A DNA stretch of 64,000 nucleotides, taken from Eledone cirrhosa. Lineage: Eukaryota. Positions 52,678 through 64,000 of this stretch are shown here, piece by piece. Each line of letters opens with the position of its first letter. The stretch's first letter is position 1. Made by a program: the position numbers and the translations under genes. Below the pieces are notes generated by a model, which saw nothing but the letters and a program-made list of their open reading frames with translations, ran no database searches and had not been told where the DNA came from. Where the stretch lies: NCBI GenBank assembly GCA_964016885.1, contig OZ024741.1, positions 124,744,001-124,808,000 of the forward strand, in the 5' to 3' direction.

Positions 52678-53095
52678 CTACACACACACACCACCTTCAG
52701 CCCTCCCCGCTCGGACACACCGTCTCCCTCTCCCCACTCCACCCGCCACCACCCCTACACACCCCTGTTTATCCCCCTTTTAATTTCAGTTTATTTTGAT
52801 CATGCTTTTATATTTAAATTTATCTCATTCCTTGTATTTTGATCATGCTTTATTTTTATTTTTATCTTTATTCTTTATTTTTTATTTTTTCATTCGCACC
52901 GTTTCCTTTCGCTATATGTCTCTCCACCACTCCCCTACACACCCTTTGAACTCTGTTCCCACACACTTCCCACCTGAGGAAGGGCTTATGCCCGAAACGT
53001 CGTCCCCCACCAACACCCCACTCTCCAGAGCGTGAAATTAATAAACATTCGTTGTACTGCCTCTCTGTTTTGTCCCTGTTCAAATTTTTCCATTA
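51611..53095 (+). mobile_element. Penelope-like element 3' remnant
   Basis: Starts with LQCHGTPAKRLTVEQRTIFILQTHTPP(x)LN, resembling a GIY-YIG C-terminus. C-rich 3' region, hammerhead core at 52974-53001, AATAAA, then (TA)n. Confidence 0.65.
52966..53005 (+). ncRNA. Minimal hammerhead ribozyme motif
   Basis: CTGAGGA-A-GGGC-TTAT-GCCC-GAAA-CGTC; stem I is weak. Confidence 0.6.
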
Positions 53096-53240
53096 TATAT
53101 ATATATATAAACAAATATATAAACATATATGTGTGAATGATATGCACACACCATCCACATTCCAAATATTATACTTTTTCAACACAACTCGAAATCAGAT
53201 TTGTATTAAGTAATTTTGCACGCTAAGACGCCCCCCCCCC

Positions 53241-53670
<430 letters not shown>

Positions 53671-53881
53671 ATCGATCAGAATACGCACATATGTCAGTGC
53701 TTGTGTATACGTGTGTATACGTGTGTATATGTGTGTAAATTTTGGAAGGCTGCAGTATCGATGAAACTTCGAATTAAACCACAATTAGGAATAAGAAATA
53801 TTATTTTGACTCTTCATTCTCAGTGCCTGTTTAGTGTATGTATTACACAATGCTAAAAAGAAGCAAATACATTAGTATGCG

Positions 53882-53913
<32 letters not shown>

Positions 53914-54682
53914 CTTTTAAATTAAAGTTGAGACACACGAGTTGTGATATATTAGTAAAAAGGAAAAAGAAATGCTGACACATTTTTCCCAATGAAAAAT
54001 AGTTTAATTAGGAATAAGTATAAATTAGTAATAAGTATTAGTTAGTATTCAGTTTTAGTTTTAAGTTTTTACCGGTTGCGCATTTCTTATGCTTTTCAAA
54101 AATAATTTTGAGATAGAGTGCTCGTGATTTTTGCTCTAATCTGATCAGTTTGGGAAATTCTTCCTGTTTTATGTAAAAAAAGTGGCTTGGGAGGTATTAA
54201 GATTTGGTTGGTTGTTGAATGTCACGTGAATAAGCTCTATAAATTTCGCGTATCTACATGGGATTATCTGTAATGGTATCTATTCTGAGGTGTGCAAACA
54301 TACAATTCTGGATGTATGAATCTATGGAAGCCTATATGAATGCGTACATGGTGGTTTGCTTATATATCGAGTAATGGGGACATATGTTTGTTTAAGTGGG
54401 TGAATATAGATCTGAGGCGACATCATCATAATGGCATGTATAAATATATATATATATATAGTTTTTGAAGCGGTCTGAATATATTTTATTTTACTTTATT
54501 TTATGTATATTCCGCTTGCTTCAGATTGAATTTCTAAAACAAATGTGGTATTTCAACCCTCGCAATTTTAGACACGATTTACTGTGTTTATTTCTACATA
54601 TATTATTGAAATGCTCAGTATTTATACTTTGAGCTTGTTAATTACAGGGTATCAGTATGAGTTATTAACTCTGCCATTTATT

Positions 54683-54895
<213 letters not shown>

Positions 54896-54908
54896 AGTTA
54901 AAGCTCTT

Positions 54909-55039
54909 GTCACATATTCTGTGACACCTCAGTGACTGGGTTTTTATTGTGTCTCTCTCCTTTGTGCTGTCCTAATCCATCTTGTTTTTGGGTGTTGTGT
55001 CATAAACCCATTCACCGAGGAGTTCACAGAATGTGTGAC
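54909..55039. mobile_element. Small MITE-like element with ~35-bp imperfect terminal inverted repeats
   Basis: GTCACATATTCTGTGACACCTCAGTGACTGGGTTT versus AAACCCATTCACCGAGGAGTTCACAGAATGTGTGAC. Confidence 0.65.
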
Positions 55040-55174
55040 GAAATACTTTTGACAATATATAAACAACCATCCGGTTATCGAACCAACCAGCCAACCGCAA
55101 ATTTATAGAAACAATTGAAGTGAAAATCAGCGGGTGCGTGTGTTTTCTACTGGCAGCATGAGCTTCCCAATGTA

Positions 55175-55251
<77 letters not shown>

Positions 55252-55257
55252 TTATTT

Positions 55258-55642
55258 ATTAAAATAACAGATTAATGTTTAAGCAAAGAATCGCTGCTTT
55301 CACCCTTAACGGTATCTTCTGAAACTAAAAAATCAATCAGTGCACGCAGAAGTAAATATTTCGAAAAACGTTGCAACCGGAGGAAGACAGGAAGACGATA
55401 CTTTCGTTCGTGGAGACGTTCCCTGGCAAAGAACGGAAAAAAACGAAGATAATACGTCATTATGTGGGATGAGGAGAACAATTACGCGCAAAGACAAAAC
55501 CACGATTTATACGCGGATAATTTACGTCTTGATGTGATAGCTAAGTATAGTTTATGTCTATACCATTACTTAATCTGTTATTTTAATAAATATTTGCTCT
55601 ACGGTTCTTATATATTTGATATATTGTTATCCTTATCGAGCC
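55258..55642. mobile_element. Internal fragment related to the Helitron at 45242-47243
   Basis: Shares TTAAAATAACAGATTAA...GAATCGCTGCTTTCACCCTTAACGG and GGTTCTTATATATTTGATAT...TATCGAGCC blocks. Confidence 0.7.
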
Positions 55643-55676
55643 CTCTTTGGATTTTAGTCTTCAAATATATTATTAT

Positions 55677-55765
<89 letters not shown>

Positions 55766-55850
55766 CATGTAAAAGGTAAAAAGAAATAACAACACAATCG
55801 GTACAGTATTTGGAAGGGATATACTAGGTTAACGCTTAGCAGGAAAAGGA

Positions 55851-55888
55851 TCTTAATGTTTCGGTCGCTAGTCCTTCATCAGAAGAAA
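55851..55888 (-). ncRNA. Minimal hammerhead motif in a Penelope-like remnant
   Basis: Minus strand TCTT-CTGATGA-AGGACTAGCGACC-GAAA-CATTA-AGA. Confidence 0.5.
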
Positions 55889-56440
55889 AAAATGAGAAAT
55901 AAGATAGATTGACGGGACGGGCGGGGCTGGAATTGAGAAAAATGTCTCTATATAACAGGTCCATTATATAACAGGTCCATTCATTTTGACATCCCTGATT
56001 TCTACATGCACTATGAGTATATTAATATATAGGAGGTGTCTATTAAGTGCACCTTTATGGGAGTGTGATTATACTTAACTGGATATTTGTGTACACATAG
56101 GTAGGGACACAAACAAGCATATACAAAGTTACAAAATATATGTATGTGTGTGTGTGTGTATATGATAATGTCCCCTATTGAAATGTTCTTATTTTGTGAT
56201 AATCGCAATTCTTTTTAAATTCATTTACTTAATACCCAGAATAAAAATAGGAGAATGACTTTCATGGATTACCTCCCTTTACTAGAAGTTATTGTATATT
56301 TCTTATTTATTTTTATCCCGTTAAATTAGTAAGATGTCGAAACAGGAACCACGTGGAAAACCTCTTAAATGTTTTTTAAAAGTTACTCTGTGAGTGAAAT
56401 TCGGTATATTGGAATCTGTATGGATAATACCAGTATATAT

Positions 56441-56582
56441 AATGCTTTCTTAGATAGGCACAAGGCCATCAATTTTGGGGGCGGGGGAGTCGATTCAATC
56501 GACCCAGTGCATGACTGATACTTTATTTTATCGACCCCGTAAGGATGAAAGGCAAAGTTAACCTCGGTGGGATTCGAACTCA
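56441..56582 (-). mobile_element. 5'-truncated tRNA-type SINE
   Basis: Reverse complement GAGTTCGAATCCC...GTCGATAAAATAAAGTA...CCTTGTGCCTATCTAAGAAAGCATT. CAGTATATATAATG flanks both sides (56431-56444 and 56587-56600), a likely TSD. Confidence 0.8.
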
Positions 56583-57091
56583 ATATCAGTATATATAATG
56601 TCTCCATATACGTATGCTGATTCAGCTTGGAAATACCCTTCAGAGTTTACGGGTCTGTAGAATACTAAACTAATTACACTTTCAGGAACTGGACGTTCCG
56701 TTGATGGAAAACGTTAATGCTCATACTTACGGAAGATCTACCACGACACTGTGTTTTGGTTGATAGCTAGTTGTTAATGTAATGTTACTGCTAATTAGAC
56801 AGGTTAAAATAGCTATCCGTGATCTAATATTTTAACGTTGATGCCGGGATAATTATCCTGTAGACTTAACAGTGTAGAGAAATGTCATGATACAACTGGA
56901 GTTGTGAAGGTTACCCTAAAACAGTGATGTGGTGACTTTAGAAATTAATTATTTCATTTAACTTAAAATAACAGCAGGAGACCCGGTGGTAGACCCCCAG
57001 CAAGATGGTTGGTTACGGTTGCTTCTGAGAGGACCCGCTGGTAGGAGTCTTTGAGTGAGGTTTCTGCCCACGACCCCGGGATAAATGGGCA

Positions 57092-57150
57092 AAGAAGAAG
57101 AAGAAGAAGAAGAAGAAGAAGAAGAAGAAGAAGAAGAAGAAGAAGAAGAA
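57092..57150. repeat. (GAA)n microsatellite, possibly the tail of a short LINE 3' remnant (~56965-57091)
   Basis: Perfect trinucleotide run following a GC-richer island. Confidence 0.8.
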
Positions 57151-58699
57151 TGGTTGTTGAAGGTATTTTTGCGGAAGTCCAACAGTTGCCCATGCATCCC
57201 TTCTCTCGCCGTCATGTCATCGATGCTGTCGAAAGGAAAGCCAAAGGGCAATATAGTTTGGCACTAAATCATTACAACTAAATGTTTGTGTTAGATTGCG
57301 CCAACAGCATAATTACAATTTATCCCCTTCCAATTTATCCCCTGTCGCAACGTTGCAACAATCGAACAAACAACCGGAAGTTTTGAAACCCAACACCGTA
57401 GCCGCTAGGCCACGCATTTGTGAATGTTTTTTTTTTTTAAGGAGTAGATCATTACAATATCCATAACAACATAATATCCCTATTAACCATTAACCAATGC
57501 AATATGTATTAATTATTCCTTTCTAACAAGACAAGTGCATTTATAGCAGGTCCAAAATAATTATAAAGACATGGTTATCGATCCATTCATCTCCCCCTGG
57601 TCCCTTAGTGATTCGATTACAGATAGCTAACTGTGGATTTAAACTATTTCTAGAAATTAATTAATTATAAAAATATATTGAGATGTTGACTCTAATTATT
57701 TCGCTGTAATGTCTGTATTTTTCAATTATTAAATTTTATAGCAAGCATTATGTGTCGTTTGGTGTGTCAATGAGGTTTGAAAAGCAATCAATTATTTTAA
57801 AGCAATTCTCCAAAGCCAGCGGGCAAACGTTCAAAACTAAAGTCAGATGGAAACACCTGTTAACCGCAGTAGTTTTTAGGTTTATATTACGAAGTGCTCG
57901 AATCATGGTAATAGTCTAATTATATTAATTAGTTAATCATCTTATTATTCGATAGTCGTTTGTTAATTACTAGCTTAATTAAGATATTTTTCTATATTAT
58001 ATCAACCAAAAATTAGTTAGTAATCATTATGCACTCCGGCAGTATAGGTTATATTTAATTCGTGGTTTATTCAATTCAATGCAATAGCCATACTTGCATT
58101 GCATTCAATACATTTTCATATGATAATAAGGTATGTGAAAGATCATTACACTTCTCGGAGAGAAAATTAATGGTTATTGTTGTTATTTACACTCACATCA
58201 TCCCTGAACAACTAAGCGTTCCATGTATGACTATCATATCTTTGAATGTAAACAGACTACAATATGTAGTGTGCCGTTTCGTTTTTATGAGTTTAGTGTG
58301 TGATACGAAGAATATTGAGCTTGTATTTCTATTAATCGAAACATTCATCACTTTTTTACGCATCCGACGGGATTTTAGCCCATTTCTTCAGTCGTTTGTG
58401 TCGGGACGACTACGCTTCAATGTTTTGCAATGATTCTTAAGAAAACCCGGTTGTTTACAAGTCTAGCTTCAAGCTTAAATCTGTTAAACGACGGCAATAA
58501 GTGGTCAGGAACTCTTCAGCGTATGGAATAAGGCAATGTCTATCATTCGAAAGATAAGTTCGGTTCATCGCAGCAGCCTCCGACAGAAATTTTCCGGCTC
58601 CAGGGGTACCATAATCGCTTTTCTCAAATATAATTCACAGTCATTGACTAGTATCATAACCATTTATGGACAATATTTTCAAATTTCAGACAGACATAG

Positions 58700-58822
<123 letters not shown>

Positions 58823-58934
58823 GGGTAATGGAATAATTATATTGTGTTGTGTATTACATAATTAAATAGCTCTGTACATATACATAGAGCACTCTTATTT
58901 TCTTTACCTTTTCCACGGAAATAATTAACACATA

Positions 58935-58972
<38 letters not shown>

Positions 58973-59048
58973 CGAAGGAAATGTGGTAAGGAACCAGGTG
59001 GACCATAACGCACCAAAGTACTCAATACTTGAGGTAGTAGAGTGGGTA

Positions 59049-59166
59049 ATAGGAACCAGTAAGACCCCGACAGCTGAGCTCAAGCCGTTTCGACGGCTAA
59101 TTCTGGACTGAGTCCAGAATTAGCCGTCGAAACGGCTTGAGCTCAGCTGTCGGGGTCTTACTGGTT

Positions 59167-59171
<5 letters not shown>
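59049..59171. repeat. Perfect 123-bp palindrome (61-bp arms, 1-nt centre)
   Basis: ATAGGAACC...TGGACT-G-AGTCCA...GGTTCCTAT. Confidence 0.95.
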
Positions 59172-59221
<50 letters not shown>

Positions 59222-60211
59222 AAATAAAATGACAGGATGTCAAATATGTTGAATTTGCTTAATTACTTATTCCTGCAAACACTATGCACATTTCAGTAGC
59301 CAGGTTTCGTAAAAAGCCAGTGACATCTTCAGGTGTAAATTGCGTAATAGAATTATACCAACGGTATGATGGAAAACACATTCCAAGAGGCTTTAAGGAA
59401 ATACGGAAGTAAAAAATAGAGAAGAAAAAAAGGGGTATTTATGCTTTTGACCCAGAGACGATCGAAGCAGCATGTTGTTATGATGTCCCGCCGTCTTTGA
59501 GTGAATTGTCTTTAACAGATCCTTCCTGGTAGTTTGCTAAGCGGATAGGGGGGTGTATACCTTATTGGGCGAATCACTACTACCTCTCAATTGTAACAAC
59601 ATTCGGACAGCAGGTCAGAAAAGGGGCAGAGTGAAGAATATCGTGTTACAGAGAATGGTCATCTGCCTGTTGGTCCACGGAATGTATAAAACTGAGAAGG
59701 AGAATCTAGAAACATATCAATTAGAGAAAATTCAGAGATCAAAGGAAATTACAGGTTAAAATTGTTTAGAAATTAAAGTTAGGGTTAATTTTAGGAATTT
59801 AAAATTAAAATTGATTGCTTAAAAATGTTTTTAATTTAATTAAATAAAAACAGTTGGCCGGTGAAGTACCGTATGCTAGGCAATTACCAATTAGAAAGAC
59901 CAGTTTCGTTAATGATTCTAACTATAGAATTGTGTAAATCGGCTACCTAATAAACAAATAACAATGTTAGTTAAGCTAAATTAAGTCACTATCCACTTTG
60001 GGTCCCAGTCGTAGTTCAATGTTACATTCCTATGGAGTGTGAGATAGTCTTGCACTATCCTACATAAGTAGTATGGTATGGTGGTTAGCAACAATCGAAA
60101 ATGGTGACCCCCAAAACACCCAGGACCCAAAGGCCCACCAAACGTTGCGAGTTTTATATATGAAAGAAGTGTACGTCAACAGGTTAAAATTAACTTCGTT
60201 TATTCATATTC

Positions 60212-60276
60212 GCTGTTATATATATATATATTTCGGAGATAACCATTATTCAACAGCTATAACCTCATCAGACAGC
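60212..60276 (-). ncRNA. Minimal hammerhead ribozyme motif
   Basis: GCTGT-CTGATGA-stemII-GAAA-(TA)n-ACAGC. Confidence 0.6.
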
Positions 60277-60448
60277 TAGAAAAACATAATGATGGAACAA
60301 AATTTACATCCGTTATTTCGGTCCTTTAACATGCCCTGTCCCGCAGTATGGTCTTGTTTTCTCAAAGAACTGGTGACATATGACCAAAATAACGGAGGTA
60401 AACTTTGTTTCATCATTATGTTTTTCTGTTTTTCTGATCAAGTTCTAG

Positions 60449-60505
60449 CTGTCTGATGAGGTCATAGCTGTTGAAAAATAGTTAACACCGAAATATATAT
60501 AACAG
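60449..60505 (+). ncRNA. Minimal hammerhead ribozyme motif
   Basis: CTGT-CTGATGA-GGT...ACC-GAAA-TATATATA-ACAG. Confidence 0.62.
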
Positions 60506-60645
60506 TAAATATGGGTAAACGAAGGTAATTTTAACCTGTGGACTTACACTTCTTTTTTTTTAATTACCCCGGAGTAAACATACTCACATGCGCACTTCGT
60601 TAAGTGCTCTACCATGCATACAGAAGTGTTGGCCAACACATACTC

Positions 60646-60681
<36 letters not shown>

Positions 60682-60684
<3 letters not shown>

Positions 60685-61068
60685 TATATATTACACAAAG
60701 AGAAGTGTGTTACACAGTGAGATGTGTGTAAAGAATTATTACGAGTGGCCAGCGTGTCTATTAGCAATCTCTCTATCCATGAGGTTAGATGTGTAGTGTT
60801 CAGTGCTCGCATTTGCTGACTGAGGATCCTGTGACCTGACACCTCACATATAGGTGGTGAAACGAACGAGATTCGTATCAGCAAAATATAGTTATAAAGT
60901 TTGTGATTTAAAACTCTAATCCAGAGATTCGATTCTGAATTGGTTTTTTTCTTTTTAATTGCTAACCTGTAGATGTTGTTCCCAATACAGTAACGGTAAA
61001 ACCACTCGTAATAATTCTTTACACACATCTCACTGTGTAACACACTTCTCTTTGTGTAAAATATACTT
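60682..61068. mobile_element. MITE-like element with 67-bp terminal inverted repeats
   Basis: 60682-60748 is the reverse complement of 61002-61068 with one mismatch; non-coding interior. Confidence 0.8.
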
Positions 61069-61160
61069 GCATTTGAGCTCAGAAGGAAATTCTCTATCCT
61101 TCCTTGAGCTAATTCTATTATTATTATTACAGTGAACTGCGGAATACTCTTAATTCCGAT

Positions 61161-61229
<69 letters not shown>

Positions 61230-61883
61230 CATACATATATATGTATATATATATATATATATTCAACATCCTTCGTAACTCATATTTGATATATAAACAA
61301 CTAATACATACGCAATTTATTAATATATATATTGATATTTATATACATATAACCTATCGTAATGTAATAAGATAAAAATACTTACAATCATAATTCTTCA
61401 TATAATCTAACTGATTATATATACAATATTATAATTCATAATATAGGTAAATAAATATTTTCCCCTTTCTTCTTTCCTACGCATAACTTATCATAATTAT
61501 TTAAATTTTCCATGGCGTCTAAAATAACGTTTTTGTCAGCCCTTTTACATAAACCTCATTTGCATACTCATCTTAATAATTTGAAATATCTGACTTTTCT
61601 TGTCGTTTCCCTTCACTGTCCTGGGATAACTTGAACCATTAAGGTATATTCTCCTTGGTTATGTCAACATTTATAAAACACACTTCGTATTTTATCTGAT
61701 GATAGCGTACCAAAATTTGGTAGCCTTGAAATATATATAATAGAATAAAGATGGTTTTATAAATATTGTTTCCATTTATTTAATATAATTGTATATTATA
61801 CTCCAGAAACACTGTTGAGTGCTCTGAATCAGTTATAAACATTTATATTTGTTGAATTACCAACAAATTGAATATCCCTTCTG

Positions 61884-61958
<75 letters not shown>

Positions 61959-62157
61959 GTGAGGGTTTTTTTACAAAATGAAAAATAACCGAGGTGTCCT
62001 ACACGAGTGAAAGTATAAAGAAAAAGAGATGAAATCGAAAATGCAACTGGAGTCTTATTTTTTTTTAAATATATATATTTATTTGGTTCCTTTACCGGTT
62101 TCGCAGTTCTTCTGCTTTTCAAAAGGTGAGTTGAGATGGAGGGTCTGTGGTTTTTCT

Positions 62158-62215
<58 letters not shown>

Positions 62216-62819
62216 TATATAAATATGAATGAACATACACTGAGTCACATATCATAGGAATTGATTTCTGCCTCTCCCTTATCGGTATTTTTTAACACAA
62301 CATATATGTGTATATTTAATGTGTATGTTTGTGCGTGTAAATATTAAAGAGACCAAGAAATATAGAAACACACGTTACGTATTATTACAGTAGATGTTTC
62401 AGTGAATAAGAATTAATTTGTTTGAATTTTGGAGAATTTTAGACAAGTCATAATTGTCATTTACTCGGGTCTACCTAAAATTTGTGAGTGAAACTGGAGA
62501 TACGGATATTGTCTGGAAGAATGTCAAAGAGCCAGACTTCTCTCACCCTGTCAAGCTGAATCTCCCTGAACATTTCGTTACGGTTCTGGCTGTTACTGGA
62601 ACCCTCAGCCACTTTCATGTTACTGGATGTTCCGTTGATCCTATCGTATGCATGTTCCTCTCTTATTTCTAAAATACATTCATGGTGTCAAAAGGTATTG
62701 AATATATTTAAGTTATATTCCAATATCTATTCAAACTGAATTAGATTGTAATGTATGTGTTCTGCAATAAATACAGTATTTTTCTTTAATCTCCGTCATT
62801 TGCTACGATGAGTGTTCCG

Positions 62820-63082
62820 TTTATTCTAACAACGGACAGCCTGCTCGTGAAATTAAGCACTGCGCACTTATGTGTACCCATTACTTTTTTCTCAGACAGA
62901 TTCAATGTGACACAGTGTATGTCGAGACCGGCAATTTGAATTACGCGTAGCGTTCATTTTCTCCAACTGAGTAGACTGGTACAACGTGAAATAAGGTGAT
63001 TTGCTCAAGGAGAAAATGCAATGCGTGTGTCACGAATCGAAATCCAGATTTACGAATGTGAACCGAATAACCTAACCACTAA
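62820..63082 (-). mobile_element. Diverged SINE-like element related to 49700-50015
   Basis: Reverse strand begins TAGTGGTTAGG...GATTTCGATTC and shares internal blocks with the 49.7-50.0 kb copy. Confidence 0.5.
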
Positions 63083-63956
63083 ATCAAAAAAATACTCGGT
63101 TTTATGCGGAAGCCGTATTGAGCTAATTAGACCCATTGTTACAACTAATTGATATTTACTGTAATATATTTAATCCCATTAGACATTATAAAGTTGTACA
63201 AACTGCAATATTAGTAAGTGAGTATATATTAAAATTTGAAATATCTCAATAAGATCACTTTCTTTTAAAACTACGAAAGCCAAAGTGATTAATGGAATAT
63301 AACTTAGCAGGGGATCAATTTACAATAATTTATATGAGAAGTATCCTAATCGATGTTATTTTGGACATTTAATATATCATGCGATATATCATTCTTTCTT
63401 TTACTGGTTTCAGTCAATATAATGCGGCCATTTAGTCTATCACATCAACAATAGTACTTATTTGTGCAAGTTAAGTACTTATTTTATCGATCCAGGAATA
63501 AACTTAGAAAGATACATGCAGATAATAATAAATATTGTTTAATATTTATTCTTATACAGACATTACGTAATATGACAGCTGCAGCTTGAAAAAGTCTGTC
63601 TTCACTTTACTCATATTTAGCGTGGGTTGGTGGTTGGGAAATATGAATGATGTCTGAGTTAGGGATTATGGAGGATGTCGTGGATCTAGTATAAACATTT
63701 AGTTTGCAATAGGCTTTGATTTATTGAGTGTATTAGGTATAATTTTGGCATTCGATGGTCTTATCCACTGGGTGTTTTGTTTATTGTTGCTTTTGTTTTC
63801 GTAATGTATTATTTATGTAGAGGGACATACAGTGGTTACTTCATATTTGTCCTAGGGGTATCTACATTCGAATTTATGTATCTGACGGTCATATTTGCTT
63901 AATTACAGACACACATATATATATGTGTGTGTGTATGTACGAGTGTGAATGTATGA

Positions 63957-63989
<33 letters not shown>

Positions 63990-64000
63990 CACACACACAC

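Larger units (their letters stand above)
60164..60554. repeat. Imperfect ~160-bp inverted repeat, each arm carrying a hammerhead motif (Penelope-like)
   Basis: Arms at about 60164-60323 and 60383-60554. CTGATGA...GAAA cores on opposite strands. Confidence 0.8.

Overview
Eukaryotic, AT- and microsatellite-rich genomic DNA with no recognisable host gene. The SINE and microsatellite content suggests an animal, possibly a cephalopod mollusc (inference). Positions 1-35836 hold a head-to-tail array of six nearly identical ~6.0 kb L1/Tx1-like non-LTR retrotransposons on the minus strand; the first is cut by the window edge. Each has ORF1 (CCHC zinc knuckle) and ORF2 (APE endonuclease, RT, C-terminal Zn finger). 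All copies keep the same 5' end. The spacers between them (21, 140, 127, 127, 160 bp) are variable-length copies of the DNA just upstream of the outermost element. This points to polarised, self-stacking insertion with regeneration of the target. The array is followed by an RTE-like fragment with a C2H2 finger cluster, two decayed R4/Dong-like RT-RLE elements bounded by (CATA)n, and a composite non-autonomous Helitron. Further along are tRNA-type SINEs whose 3' end (CCTTGTG-N8-AGAAATC-ATT) matches that of the arrayed LINE, Penelope-like remnants with minimal hammerhead motifs, a perfect 123-bp palindrome, MITE-like elements and many microsatellites.
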